This document shows, in pieces, positions 46,873 through 56,994 of a DNA stretch of 64,000 bases (within the stretch, counting starts at the first letter, position 1; the number at the start of each line of letters is the position of its first letter). Origin of the DNA: Bacillota bacterium. Its GTDB lineage: Bacteria; Armatimonadota; HRBIN16. Position numbers and translations under genes: made by a program. The notes under the pieces were generated by a model. That model had not been told where the DNA came from and did no database searches. It saw only the letters and a program-made list of their open reading frames with translations. The stretch is taken from contig JAIMBJ010000003.1 of the NCBI GenBank assembly GCA_023511455.1, positions 185,093-249,092 on the forward strand, read 5' to 3'.

Positions 46873-47909
46873 GTCCGCAATCGGTACTGCTCCAGATGAA
46901 TCGTTGCGTCCTTCTCCGCCGATTCGTAACTGGCGAACACCAGCTCCATCGTTCTCAGGTTATCCTCGGCGTGGGTTTCGGGCAGGGTACCTGTCTGCAA
47001 GGCGTGCAGCAGATTGGCGTTGCAGGGTACGATACTGGAGTGCACCACATCGTACGCAGGGTCTGCCCAGCTATAACGGGGTGGGGGAACGCGACGCGAC
47101 AGGGTGCCCTCGGCGGTAGTAACCCGGAGCCAGTAGTCCGTAGCGAGCTCCAGAGAACCCTTCTCGCCCTCGACAAAGAGGAAGGTCTGGGGAAACCGCT
47201 CGTGTTCGGTGCGGCTGGCGTAGCTCATCTCGCAGACGACGGTGGTGCCTTCCCCCATACGCATCATCACCGTCGCCACGTCCTCGCCTCGAATGGTGGG
47301 GTTCACTCGCCGAATCTGGCAGTACAGGTTCTCCGCCTCGCCAAAGAGGAAGCGTGCGGTATCCAGAATGTGGCTGCCGATGTCGGTGAGGATGAACTGT
47401 TCCAGTTCGCGCAGGAAGGGCTGGTTGTCGAAGACGGGGAAGCTGTTGCTGAACGTCACCCGGGCGCGAAACGGCATGCCAATCACGCCGCTGTCCAGCA
47501 CCTTTTTCGCCTCGCGGATGGGCGTCTGCCATCGCCAGTTTTCGTGGATGAAGAAGGGCACCCCTGCCTGTTTGCACGTTTCCACCATCTGCCGCGCGGT
47601 TGGCAAACCGGGCGCCATTGGCTTCTGGCAGATGACCGCCTTGCGGTATTTCGCTGCGAGGGAAACGAACTGGGCGTGGGTGTTGACGTCGGTGATGATG
47701 TCGAAGAAGTCTGTCTGTTCGTTCTGCAGCAGTCGCTCGGCGTCATCATAAACGGCAGGCACACCGAACTGAGCCGCCAGCGCTTCGGCTTTGGAACGGG
47801 TGCGGTTGTATAGCGCCACGCACTCCACGCCCTGCAGCTCCTTCCAGCCCGCCAGCTGGTATCGTGACCAGAAACCGGTGCCGAAAATGGCAAATCGCAA
47901 CGTGCGCAT
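46869..47909 (-). CDS. Gfo/Idh/MocA family oxidoreductase
   Basis: FAIFGTGFWSRYQL N-terminal Rossmann motif. 346 aa. Confidence 0.8.
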   Translation of the reverse strand: MRTLRFAIFGTGFWSRYQLAGWKELQGVECVALYNRTRSKAEALAAQFGVPAVYDDAERLLQNEQTDFFDIITDVNTHAQFVSLAAKYRKAVICQKPMAPGLPTARQMVETCKQAGVPFFIHENWRWQTPIREAKKVLDSGVIGMPFRARVTFSNSFPVFDNQPFLRELEQFILTDIGSHILDTARFLFGEAENLYCQIRRVNPTIRGEDVATVMMRMGEGTTVVCEMSYASRTEHERFPQTFLFVEGEKGSLELATDYWLRVTTAEGTLSRRVPPPRYSWADPAYDVVHSSIVPCNANLLHALQTGTLPETHAEDNLRTMELVFASYESAEKDATIHLEQYRLRT

Positions 47910-48104
47910 CGACTCACCCCCCCTGCACGAGTTTACGATGCGGGCGGTGGGATCTCCTTTCTACCGACCGCGCGCAGTGGGGTATCGGGCATCGGGTGTA
48001 GCCAGCTGTGGCACAGTGAAAGAGTCACAGCACGCTTCCACTGCCTCGCTACACTACGCTCCTTCCATACGATTGGTGCAACGCTACCTTTGCTCAAATC
48101 AAAA

Positions 48105-50252
48105 TCATGCCGCGCGTTTGGCGTCGCTTGCCGTCCAACGGTGTAGTGTTGACTGGAGCACGTCCAACGTGAGCGGCTTGCTCATGTAATCGTCCATGCC
48201 TGCAGCGAGGCACTGGTCGCGATCGGACTGCATCGCGTTAGCTATGAGCGCAATCACAATCTGATGTCTGCCCGTCTGTTGTTCCGCTTGGCGCAGCAGG
48301 CGCGTGGCGGTTAGACCGTCCATCACAGGCATTTGCATATCCATCAGCACAATGTCGTAGGATGCATTCTCCAACTTGTCCAACGCCTGCCGACCGTCCT
48401 GCGCCAGTTCTACAACGCAGCCCAGCTTCTGAAGCAGGGGAATCGCCACCTTCTGGTTCACAGGGTTGTCTTCCACGAGCAGTACTCGAACACCGTGTAA
48501 GGTTGGGCTGCTTTCGGCAGAGCCTACCTGCTGAGCATCCATTCGCTCGGGTGCGCTCTCTTGCAAAAGGAGGAGCGGCACTTCGAACCAGAAACGACTT
48601 CCCTGATCAGGTTGGCTCTCGACCCCGATGCGACCGCCCATCAGTTCTACCAGACGCTTGCAGATGGCTAACCCCAGACCTGTGCCCCCGTATTGGCGCG
48701 TAATGCAGCCATTGGCTTGTATGAAGGCATCAAAAATATCCGCTTGCCTCTCAGGCGGGATGCCCACCCCTGTATCCTGAACCTCGAAACAGAGCCAAAC
48801 TGTTTCTCCATCGCCGTTTTCGAGGCGCGTCGCCCGAAGGACAACCTCTCCGCTCGCGGTGAACTTGATGGCGTTGCCGACCAAGTTCAGCAGGATTTGG
48901 CGCAGGCGCAGTGGGTCGCCAGCGATCCTTTGGGGAAGTGACCAATCCGACTCGGAGCGTAGCGTTAGCCCTTTCGACTGCGCCGTGGGACCCATCATAG
49001 ACACCACCTCCTCCACCAGCGTGGCAGGCACAAAGGGCAGCGTCTCCAGCACCATCCGCCCCGCCTCGATCTTGGAGAAGTCCAAAAGGTCGTTGATAAT
49101 CTCCAGCAGAGCCTTAGCACTGAGTGTGATAGTGTTGAGCAGATCGCGCTGCTCGTCGTTGATGGACGTCGACGCCAGCAGGTCTGCTGCTGCGATGACG
49201 CCGTTTAGCGGAGTGCGAATCTCGTGACTCATCTTCGCGAGGAACTCCGATTTCGCTTGCGCCAGTTTCTGTGCCTGACGCTGCGCCGTCTCTTGCAGTA
49301 CCGTCAGCCCAATCATGGAGGAGATAGATTCCATCTCCTCGTAAAAGTCGGCACTCGGGGCACCAACCAACAGCATCCGGAGCGTGCCGACAGCTTGCGC
49401 CTGCGCCTGCATCGGGAATTCTAACATGTGCTTTGCTCTCGATTCAGGGTCGCCTGCACAGACGGCGAGTGAGTCGTCGCCGCATTTGACAGATAACTCC
49501 ACAAAAGCAATATGTTTGCTATGCGCCTGCCAAAGAAACTGTACAGTCTCTTGCAGGCGTGTCTCGAACGGTTTCTGCTGAGATAGTTGCTGGCTGATGA
49601 AGAGGCGTCGTTCTACTGCGTGGCGCACCGAATCGGAATGGCGATGCAAGCGCACGGCGTTCTGAAATAAGAGTAGTACCAGCACCAGCAAGCCCACACT
49701 GACCCAGCTTGCCCATGCGAGGTGCAAGTTCTCACGCTCAGCTAACGCCGCTTCCGCACGAACAGCTTGCTTCAAGGAGCGGTTGAGTTTCTCGCTCAAC
49801 AGGCTCGCCTCGTGTAAGAAGTTATTCTGGCTAAAGGTTTCGACATCAGCGCGGATCGCGCGCACCATATGCCGCTTGACCTCCAACCACTGCGTGTGGG
49901 CGTCGTTGAGATGCCGTTGTGCCTCGGCGGCGCGCAGCGGCGGCACATACTCTACCGTGCCTGCTTTGACCCAACCGCCGTGTTGCAGCACCGCATACAG
50001 TTGCTCCACCAGAACTGCCTGGGCATCTGCCTCGTCCTTCGCCCGCAGACAAGTTTTCCAGTCCTTGAGCACCAGCGCGGACATGGTCTGCAGCGAATGA
50101 TACTCAAACCTGTGCGTGCGGGATTGCAGTGTGAGCAGCAGTTCCATCTGACGCGACCGTTTGTGCGTCAGCGATTGCCAACACATGAACCCCGTCGCCA
50201 CCGCCGCCAGTGCAGCAATCGCGTAATTTGCCTTGTAGAACCGTCGTGTCAT
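48105..50252 (-). CDS. Hybrid sensor histidine kinase / response regulator
   Basis: N-terminal TM sensor region, HisKA (SHEIRTPLNGV), HATPase_c (GTGLGLAI) and C-terminal receiver domain (VLLVEDNPVNQ…DIVLMDMQMPVMDG). Confidence 0.85.
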   Translation of the reverse strand: MTRRFYKANYAIAALAAVATGFMCWQSLTHKRSRQMELLLTLQSRTHRFEYHSLQTMSALVLKDWKTCLRAKDEADAQAVLVEQLYAVLQHGGWVKAGTVEYVPPLRAAEAQRHLNDAHTQWLEVKRHMVRAIRADVETFSQNNFLHEASLLSEKLNRSLKQAVRAEAALAERENLHLAWASWVSVGLLVLVLLLFQNAVRLHRHSDSVRHAVERRLFISQQLSQQKPFETRLQETVQFLWQAHSKHIAFVELSVKCGDDSLAVCAGDPESRAKHMLEFPMQAQAQAVGTLRMLLVGAPSADFYEEMESISSMIGLTVLQETAQRQAQKLAQAKSEFLAKMSHEIRTPLNGVIAAADLLASTSINDEQRDLLNTITLSAKALLEIINDLLDFSKIEAGRMVLETLPFVPATLVEEVVSMMGPTAQSKGLTLRSESDWSLPQRIAGDPLRLRQILLNLVGNAIKFTASGEVVLRATRLENGDGETVWLCFEVQDTGVGIPPERQADIFDAFIQANGCITRQYGGTGLGLAICKRLVELMGGRIGVESQPDQGSRFWFEVPLLLLQESAPERMDAQQVGSAESSPTLHGVRVLLVEDNPVNQKVAIPLLQKLGCVVELAQDGRQALDKLENASYDIVLMDMQMPVMDGLTATRLLRQAEQQTGRHQIVIALIANAMQSDRDQCLAAGMDDYMSKPLTLDVLQSTLHRWTASDAKRAA

Positions 50253-51202
50253 CGTTGCAGTCCCATGCATCCGGTGCTACGCGCAAGTTCTAAGGCTTCT
50301 CGGATGCTGTCATAGAGCCGGTCGTCGGCAGTCTCGAACCGCAACAGGCGCGCCTCTCGCAGAATAGCCCTGCCTGTAGGCGTCGTGTGCATCTCTAGCA
50401 GGGCGCGTTGCACGACCTCGAACCGTTTCGGATCCATCTTCCGCGACGCCACGACAGGCACAATACCCGCAGGGCCCAGCGAGTGGATAACACGCAACTT
50501 GCGGGCGTACTCGCTGCCGCGAAAACGCTCGAAGTCCAGCACCAGCGAGTCGACCGCCGACACATCCGCCGCGCCTGTCGCAACAGCACGTATCGACTCC
50601 TCATGCGACCCGGTGCGGATAATTTTGCCCAGGTGACCCTTTTCCAACCCCTTCCGAATCAGGAACGCGCGCGGCAGGTTGTAGCCCGAGTTAGAAAGCT
50701 CGTCGTTGTATGCCCAGACGCGCCCCTTCAGCTCCTCTATGCACCGATAGGGGCTATCCGCACGCACGATGACATCCGAGTAGTAGATGGGTCTGCCCTT
50801 GTAGCGCGGTTCCAACGGGATAGGCACTGCCATCAGGCGGGTTGGGGGCTGAGGCAACTCGCGTGACAGGACATACGGCAGTCCGCATACGCACGCGATA
50901 TCGATGTCGCCCGTCGTGAGCATCGCATCTACGGTTCGGTAAGAAAAGCCACTCACCAGTTTGATAGAGTAGCCTGTTTCCTGCTCCAAATAGCGCACCA
51001 GTTTCTCGTACACGCCGACGCCTGCATCCGAGATAAACGCTGCCGTGACAGCGAGCCGGATGGTTGGCTGGGTGGGGTCGTTAGACGTAGGTTCGTTGGC
51101 AAGCGACACGAAAGCGGTGCCGACTGGCGGCTGACAGTGGCACCCTGTCAGTAGCAGTGCCGCCGCTACGCCGATTGTCAGACATGCCCGCATGCTTTTC
51201 AT
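50249..51202 (-). CDS. PhnD/SsuA-like periplasmic substrate-binding lipoprotein, co-transcribed with the hybrid kinase
   Basis: Lipobox signal MKSMRACLTIGVAAALLLTGC. Phosphonate-binding-protein-like fold. There is a 4-bp overlap with the kinase start. Confidence 0.6.
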   Translation of the reverse strand: MKSMRACLTIGVAAALLLTGCHCQPPVGTAFVSLANEPTSNDPTQPTIRLAVTAAFISDAGVGVYEKLVRYLEQETGYSIKLVSGFSYRTVDAMLTTGDIDIACVCGLPYVLSRELPQPPTRLMAVPIPLEPRYKGRPIYYSDVIVRADSPYRCIEELKGRVWAYNDELSNSGYNLPRAFLIRKGLEKGHLGKIIRTGSHEESIRAVATGAADVSAVDSLVLDFERFRGSEYARKLRVIHSLGPAGIVPVVASRKMDPKRFEVVQRALLEMHTTPTGRAILREARLLRFETADDRLYDSIREALELARSTGCMGLQR

Positions 51203-51454
51203 ACCTAAATTGTTCCACAAAAAGAGGCGTTCGTCTAGATAAACAAGGCGGTAGCAAGATGCGGGGAGCTCATTCAGGCGGTCGCAAGCACTGACATGCA
51301 GTTTAGCCGTTCTTAAAAGTCGCGGGACGCTTCCAGCGGCTCCCCATACAATCTATCTCCAGACACGCCTTCAGCAACTCAGCACCTCCTCGCTGCTTCC
51401 GCGCCTGTGCATCGCGGGGTATACTATTATCATCAACAACCGGAGGAAGCGTGG

Positions 51455-51709
51455 ATGTGTCTGGCGATACCGGGGCAGATATTGAGTATCGAGGGCGATG
51501 ACGCGCTCACCCGCACAGGCAAGGTGAGCTTTGGTGGCATCGTGAAGGACGTGAATCTCGCCTACGTGCCTGAGGCCAAGGTAGGCGATTACGTGATAGT
51601 GCATGTCGGCTTCGCCATCAGTGTGGTGGATGAGAAGGAAGCGCAGGAGGTATTCGAGTACCTGCGCCAGATGGAGGAGCTGGGCGAACTTCAGGAGCAA
51701 CCCACATGA
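51455..51709 (+). CDS. hypC: Hydrogenase maturation factor HypC
   Basis: [10 protein letters not shown]-terminus (essential Cys2). A GGAGGAAG RBS is present, with a tatact -10-like hexamer upstream. Confidence 0.8.
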   Translation: MCLAIPGQILSIEGDDALTRTGKVSFGGIVKDVNLAYVPEAKVGDYVIVHVGFAISVVDEKEAQEVFEYLRQMEELGELQEQPT

Positions 51710-52794
51710 GGTTCATCGAGGAATATCGCGATGCGGACGCAGCCCGGCGCTTCGCGGACGCCATCCGCAAGACTGTTACGCGCCCGTGGACGGTGATGGA
51801 GGTATGCGGGGGACAAACGCACGCCATCATGAAGTTCGGCATCGATGAGCTTCTACCCCCGCAGGTGACCTTGCTACACGGTCCGGGCTGTCCGGTGTGC
51901 GTAACGCCGGTGGAGCTGATTGACAAAGCGGTGGAGCTGGCGTCGCGTCCGGAGGTCATCTTCTGCTCCTTTGGCGACATGTTGCGCGTGCCGGGCACGA
52001 AGGGCGATTTGCTGTCCGCGAAAGCGGCAGGCGGAGACGTGCGCATCGTCTACTCGCCGATGGATGCCCTGCAGCTCGCGCTGAAGAATCCCGACAGGCA
52101 GGTGGTCTTTTTCGCGGTCGGTTTCGAGACCACTGCACCTGCCAATGCGATGGCGGTGTATCAGGCGAAGCGGCTGGGCGTGAAAAACTTCTCCATCCTT
52201 GTCTCCCATGTGCTGGTTCCACCCGCGATTGAGGCGATACTGAACGCCCCCAACAACCGCGTGCAGGGCTTTCTGGCGGCAGGGCACGTCTGCACGGTGA
52301 TGGGCTACACGGAATATGAACCTATCGCGAAGAAGTACCATGTGCCCATCGTGGTGACGGGCTTCGAGCCGCTGGACATCCTGCAGGGCATCTACATGTG
52401 CGTCAAGCAGCTGGAAGAGGGCAGGGCAGAGGTAGAGAACCAGTATGCCCGTTCGGTGCGGCGCGAGGGCAACCGCCCGGCGCAGGAGCTGGTCCGCGAG
52501 GTGTTTGAAGTGGTACCCCGCAAGTGGCGCGGCATCGGCGAAATCCCGCAGAGCGGACTGGGCTTGCGTGAGCCGTACCGGGAGTTCGACGCCGAGCGGC
52601 GGTTTGTGCTGGAGACTGGCAGCGTGGAAGAAGCCTCCGAGTGCATCAGCGGGCTGATACTGCAAGGGGCAAAGAAGCCCACCGACTGCCCCGCGTTTGG
52701 CACGAAGTGTACACCGGAACACCCGCTGGGCGCGACGATGGTCTCCTCCGAAGGGGCGTGCGCGGCGTACTTCAAGTATCGGCGACGGGGCTAG
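51706..52794 (+). CDS. hypD: Hydrogenase maturation factor HypD
   Basis: GPGCPVCV and CGGQTH motifs with a C-terminal Fe-S cluster Cys array. ATGA overlap with hypC. Confidence 0.9.
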   Translation: MRFIEEYRDADAARRFADAIRKTVTRPWTVMEVCGGQTHAIMKFGIDELLPPQVTLLHGPGCPVCVTPVELIDKAVELASRPEVIFCSFGDMLRVPGTKGDLLSAKAAGGDVRIVYSPMDALQLALKNPDRQVVFFAVGFETTAPANAMAVYQAKRLGVKNFSILVSHVLVPPAIEAILNAPNNRVQGFLAAGHVCTVMGYTEYEPIAKKYHVPIVVTGFEPLDILQGIYMCVKQLEEGRAEVENQYARSVRREGNRPAQELVREVFEVVPRKWRGIGEIPQSGLGLREPYREFDAERRFVLETGSVEEASECISGLILQGAKKPTDCPAFGTKCTPEHPLGATMVSSEGACAAYFKYRRRG

Positions 52795-54509
52795 GCGGCG
52801 CGCTGGTGGCGTAGCTCACACTCTGCCCGCAGTTGCTGCAGGCAGTCGAGCATCTGTTCGCAGGCATGGTCGAACTGCCGCAAGTCTGCAGTGCCTTCTC
52901 CAAGAAGGCGATGCATCGTTTCGTGGGATTCCAGTAGTTGTCGGAAGGCGTCTATCTGTCCGTAGAGCGGCTCGCCTACTATCTGCTGCCAGAGATGAAG
53001 CCGACAGGGCGCGCTGCTGCACACCTGCTTGCCACCTCCGTGAAGGGCGCGTCGGCGTGTTTGCAGCACATCGTACATGAGCTGAGCGAACACCTGTTGT
53101 TCTGCAAAGCCGCCCGGGTCTCCAAGAACCTGCCGCAGGCGCGAAAGCCACTCCTCCTCCGACAGCGTATTCACACGGATTGCCTCGTGCGCCGCGTGGG
53201 TGACGCGGTTGCGCCCCGCACGTTTTGAGAGATACAGTGCCTGATCTGCCTCCTCGATAAGGGTATCCGGGTTCACGGTATGTTGGTCGAGAGTCGACAC
53301 GCCGAGGCTGGCAGTGATTTGTCGGTAACAGCACGGGATTTCGGAAATGCGCTGGCGTATCTGCTCGGCAAAGTCCAGCGATTCATGTACATCGCTGCCT
53401 GGCAACAGCACGACAAACTCTTCGCCTCCGTAGCGCGCCGCGCACCGCAGGTTGTCTTCGAACTGACGCAACGTGTTGGCGACCATACGCAGCACCTCAT
53501 CACCCGCCTGATGCCCGAACGTGTCGTTGAACTGCTTAAAGTGGTCGACATCCAGCAGCACCACAGACAGGGGCTGCTCGCGTCGCAGCGCATAGAAAAA
53601 CTCGCGCCCCAGCCTGTCGCGGAAGCTGCGGTGGTTAATCAGCCCTGTCAAGCCGTCGGTGTGGGCGATGCGCTCCAGGCGGGCGTTGGCTTCCGCCAAA
53701 CGCGCAGTAATCTGCTGCAACTGGTCGTTTTGTGCTTCCAGTTCGTCGCGCTGCGCCTCGATGAGCTGCTCCTGGGCTTTGCGCTCGGTGATGTCGATGT
53801 TGGCGCTAATCGCACCAACGACCTGTCCTTCGGTGTCAATCAGCGGGAAGGTGCTGCACAGCACCCATCTGGTCTCTCCTTCTTTCGTTCTATCCTGCCA
53901 CTCGATGTTTCGAAACGCCTCACCGCCAAACACACGGGCGATGACTGCTCGGGTAGCTTCCACATCTTCTGGACGGCAGAAGGTCTCGTAGATGGTCTTG
54001 CCGATGATCTCCTGCGCGGTGAAACCGTACAGGTTCTGTGCCTCCTGATTCCACTTGCGGATGACACCGTCGCGGTCGTAGGTGAAACAGGCAACGGGCA
54101 TCCCCTCGAACAACTGCTCGAAGTAGCGTTTCAGCTGTTCCTGTTGGCGCAGTGCCTGATGCAGGTGTTCCGTGCGTTCCCGCACCAGTCCCTCGAGGTG
54201 TTGGCTATAGTGCAGGATTTGCGCTGTCGTCCGCTGTGCCAGCCAGAGAGTCAACAGCACAAACACGCTCCCGAACAGAAACACAAAAGCCACAATGGAG
54301 TGGAGCCAGACGGTATGGTGCGTAATAATCGCCCACAGACTGAACAGATAACCAATGAGGAAGAAGAACATGAGCGCCAGCAACACCTTCAGCACGGTGC
54401 AATAGCCCGCCTGCTGCACGGCGTGACGCATGCTCCACGCGCGGCGGATGCCGAGCCACATAATAGCAGCACCGAGGGAGATGGCAATGGCGTCGATGGT
54501 GTCTTTCAC
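52791..54509 (-). CDS. Membrane PAS-GGDEF diguanylate cyclase
   Basis: N-terminal TM segments, a PAS domain and a GGDEF domain with active-site GGEEF and RxxD I-site. The 3' end overlaps the hypD stop convergently. Confidence 0.85.
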   Translation of the reverse strand: MKDTIDAIAISLGAAIMWLGIRRAWSMRHAVQQAGYCTVLKVLLALMFFFLIGYLFSLWAIITHHTVWLHSIVAFVFLFGSVFVLLTLWLAQRTTAQILHYSQHLEGLVRERTEHLHQALRQQEQLKRYFEQLFEGMPVACFTYDRDGVIRKWNQEAQNLYGFTAQEIIGKTIYETFCRPEDVEATRAVIARVFGGEAFRNIEWQDRTKEGETRWVLCSTFPLIDTEGQVVGAISANIDITERKAQEQLIEAQRDELEAQNDQLQQITARLAEANARLERIAHTDGLTGLINHRSFRDRLGREFFYALRREQPLSVVLLDVDHFKQFNDTFGHQAGDEVLRMVANTLRQFEDNLRCAARYGGEEFVVLLPGSDVHESLDFAEQIRQRISEIPCCYRQITASLGVSTLDQHTVNPDTLIEEADQALYLSKRAGRNRVTHAAHEAIRVNTLSEEEWLSRLRQVLGDPGGFAEQQVFAQLMYDVLQTRRRALHGGGKQVCSSAPCRLHLWQQIVGEPLYGQIDAFRQLLESHETMHRLLGEGTADLRQFDHACEQMLDCLQQLRAECELRHQRAA

Positions 54510-54559
54510 GGTTGCTCACACTGTGTTTCTCTAATTGTGGTATGTAGTCAAGAGACTCT

Positions 54560-54720
54560 TCATGAGTTTGCGTTACAAAGCGTCATCAATTATCATTCTA
54601 AGCGCAGCGAAGAATCTCAGACACCCTTCGCTAACGCTCAGCTTCACAGGGAATTGTCGCTGTGGTTGCTGAAAAAGCATGACCCGCTACCTATTCATCT
54701 CACACGGCGTGACTCCTGTT
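54560..54720. repeat. Intergenic repeat element, copy B (copy A at 21270..21440)
   Basis: See copy A. It sits in the divergent spacer between the GGDEF gene and hypE. Confidence 0.45.
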
Positions 54721-54897
54721 CAATATGGATTATAGGCTTAACTGCCGAAATGTTTAGAGGGCGCCAATTAGAACTGGTGAGTAGACTGGGCAGATGCGTC
54801 ACGGCGTCTGTTCCTCTGCGGCAACGACCCGTTGCAGGACGAACTCACTGTCACCCCGTATTATTCACAGTAACAAAGGGCTAGCGGTTCAGGCGTG

Positions 54898-55959
54898 ATG
54901 GAAGAAAAAGGCATGGAGACATTGACGTTGTCCTGCCCCATCCCCATCCAGCAATATCCGACAGTGGTGATGGCACACGGGGGAGGCGGCAGGCTGATGC
55001 ATCAGCTGATTGAGAAGATGTTTGTCGCCACTTTCGGGGGCGGGGCGTTGCAGGCACGCCACGATAGCACACTCCTGGAGTTGCCCCGCGCGCGTTTGGC
55101 GTTCACGACCGACTCGTACGTGGTGCGTCCCCTCTTCTTTCCGGGCGGCGACATCGGCAAACTGGCGGTGTACGGCACGGTGAACGATTTGGCGATGAGC
55201 GGCGCGCGCCCCCTGTATCTCAGCCTGGGCATGATTCTGGAAGAGGGTCTGCCGATGGAGACGCTGTGGCAGGTGGTGGTGTCGATCCAGCAAGCAGCGC
55301 AGGCGGCGCGCGTGCAGATTGTCTCGGGCGACACGAAGGTGGTGGACCGGGGCAAAGGCGACGGTGTCTTTCTGAACACATCGGGCGTGGGCGTCATCGA
55401 ACATGACCTGACGATTGCGCCACAATCGGTGCGGGTGGGCGACGCGCTGGTGCTGAGCGGCGATATCGGCAGGCATGGCATCGCGGTGATGGCGGTGCGC
55501 GAGGGACTGCAGTTCGAGAGCCAGATTGAGAGCGACTGCGCGCCGCTGGCGGAACCGGTGCTGGCGTTGATTGCGGAAGGCATTGAGGTACACTGTTTGC
55601 GGGACCTGACGCGCGGCGGGCTGGCAAGCGCGGTGGTGGAAATCGCGGAATCGGCGGGAGTAGGGATTCAACTGGAGGAGGCGCGTATCCCTGTGCGCGA
55701 GGACGTGCGCGGCGCGTGCGAGATACTGGGCTTTGACCCTCTGTATGTGGCAAACGAGGGGCGGTTTGTGGCGTTCGTGCCCGCTGCGCAGGCAGAGAAG
55801 ACGGTGGAAGTGCTGCGCCGCTTCGCCGTCAGCGCGACCGCCGACGTCGTTGGAGAGGTAACCGCCTCGCCGGAGGGCACGGTGGTGCTGAAAAGTGTCA
55901 TCGGCACCTCGCGGGTGGTGGACATGCTCAGCGGCGAGCAGCTGCCGAGGATATGTTGA
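54898..55959 (+). CDS. hypE: Hydrogenase maturation factor HypE
   Basis: AHGGGG N-terminal motif, AIR-synthase-like fold and C-terminal PRIC (Cys). The start is uncertain among the GTG at 54895 and the ATGs at 54898 and 54913. Confidence 0.85.
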   Translation: MEEKGMETLTLSCPIPIQQYPTVVMAHGGGGRLMHQLIEKMFVATFGGGALQARHDSTLLELPRARLAFTTDSYVVRPLFFPGGDIGKLAVYGTVNDLAMSGARPLYLSLGMILEEGLPMETLWQVVVSIQQAAQAARVQIVSGDTKVVDRGKGDGVFLNTSGVGVIEHDLTIAPQSVRVGDALVLSGDIGRHGIAVMAVREGLQFESQIESDCAPLAEPVLALIAEGIEVHCLRDLTRGGLASAVVEIAESAGVGIQLEEARIPVREDVRGACEILGFDPLYVANEGRFVAFVPAAQAEKTVEVLRRFAVSATADVVGEVTASPEGTVVLKSVIGTSRVVDMLSGEQLPRIC

Positions 55960-55972
55960 GGTGGTTTCGCTC

Positions 55973-56149
55973 ATGAGCGCAGAAACGACAGAAATCGTTC
56001 GCAGGTGCAAGACCCTTCTTGTGCAGCACTATGGCGCGCGGTTTGGAGGACTGGTATTGTATGGCTCGACGGCGCGCGGTCAGGCAAGCACTGGCAGCGA
56101 TATCGCCGTGCTGGTGTTCATCATCGAAATGCCAAAAGAGAAGGTGTAA
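55973..56149 (+). CDS. Truncated minimal nucleotidyltransferase (MNT) domain protein (59 aa)
   Basis: LVLYGSTARGQASTGSDIAV gives the GS…(D/E)xD nucleotidyltransferase motif. The ORF stops about 40 aa short of typical MntA length and is convergent with the HEPN gene. Confidence 0.4.
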   Translation: MSAETTEIVRRCKTLLVQHYGARFGGLVLYGSTARGQASTGSDIAVLVFIIEMPKEKV

Positions 56150-56156
56150 TCTTGTC

Positions 56157-56564
56157 TTATCCTTCCCCCTCCAAGTAATTCTCCACCAGCGGGCGTACCG
56201 CCTCGATAAAACGCTCCGCCTGGTGCAGGGCATCCTCGGCATCTTCACTGGTCAGAAAAGCATCTGCCGAATAGTCGGCGCTCATGCGGTCGTCCAACCT
56301 CCGTGTAAACAAGCGTCCCACTTCGTTCGGGAGCTTGCCCGTTCGGATGAAGTACAGTCCCAACATAGTTCGTACACCCTCATGGGTTCTGGGCTCTGCT
56401 CCTTCGGTCAATAGCAACGCGCGCGCCGCCCACAGCGTTGCATAATAGGCGACCGAAATGGCTTCCTCGTAAAAGCCTTGTTCGAACAACATATGTGCCG
56501 CTCTCAGGCGTTCGGCGCTTTTGTCCCAGAAGGTTCGAACGCGCTGCCGTAAGATTTGCTCCAC
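56157..56564 (-). CDS. HEPN domain protein
   Basis: Four-helix pattern FYEEAISVAYYATLWAARALL…. It lies downstream of and overlaps the MNT gene. The canonical Rx4-6H motif is not evident (RMSADY). Confidence 0.6.
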   Translation of the reverse strand: MEQILRQRVRTFWDKSAERLRAAHMLFEQGFYEEAISVAYYATLWAARALLLTEGAEPRTHEGVRTMLGLYFIRTGKLPNEVGRLFTRRLDDRMSADYSADAFLTSEDAEDALHQAERFIEAVRPLVENYLEGEG

Positions 56565-56902
56565 AGCAGGTATCCCTCCTCTTCGGCGTCTCGAAGTACC
56601 CCTTCGCCGCGCTGCAGGGCAAACTCGTACTGCGCACGAGTGCGGATGAGCAGAGAAATCGCCCGCATCGTTTCTAACTCCACTTCCTGCACTGCCTCAT
56701 ACAGCCGCTCTACGGTCTCTTTGTCTTTTTCCGGTAGCACCACCAGCAGGTCGTAGTCCGAATCGGGGCGGTGGTCACCGCGCGCCCGGGAGCCATACAG
56801 CACTACCATCTCTGGCGCAGGCGATAGCTGCTGCGCCCGCTCGATAAACATGCGTAAGGCGCGGTCTTTCTGCAAGCGGGGTGGGAGTGGACGCATGTTC
56901 AT
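56504..56902 (-). CDS. Minimal nucleotidyltransferase (MNT/MntA-like) protein
   Basis: VVLYGSRARGDHRPDSDYDLLVV nucleotidyltransferase signature. It forms the classical MNT-HEPN pair with the downstream gene. Confidence 0.7.
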   Translation of the reverse strand: MNMRPLPPRLQKDRALRMFIERAQQLSPAPEMVVLYGSRARGDHRPDSDYDLLVVLPEKDKETVERLYEAVQEVELETMRAISLLIRTRAQYEFALQRGEGVLRDAEEEGYLLWSKSYGSAFEPSGTKAPNA

Positions 56903-56994
56903 GGCTTCATTGTACCATACACCGTCTGGCTTGACCACGCGCCTGAAAACGCGATAAAATAACAGCAAAACGGGTGAGTGAAGGAAATAGACAC

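Noticed and set aside
56157-56564. Calling the HEPN protein an active HepT-type RNase toxin
   Set aside because: An Rx4-6H motif was not evident in the expected region. Only the generic HEPN domain call is kept.
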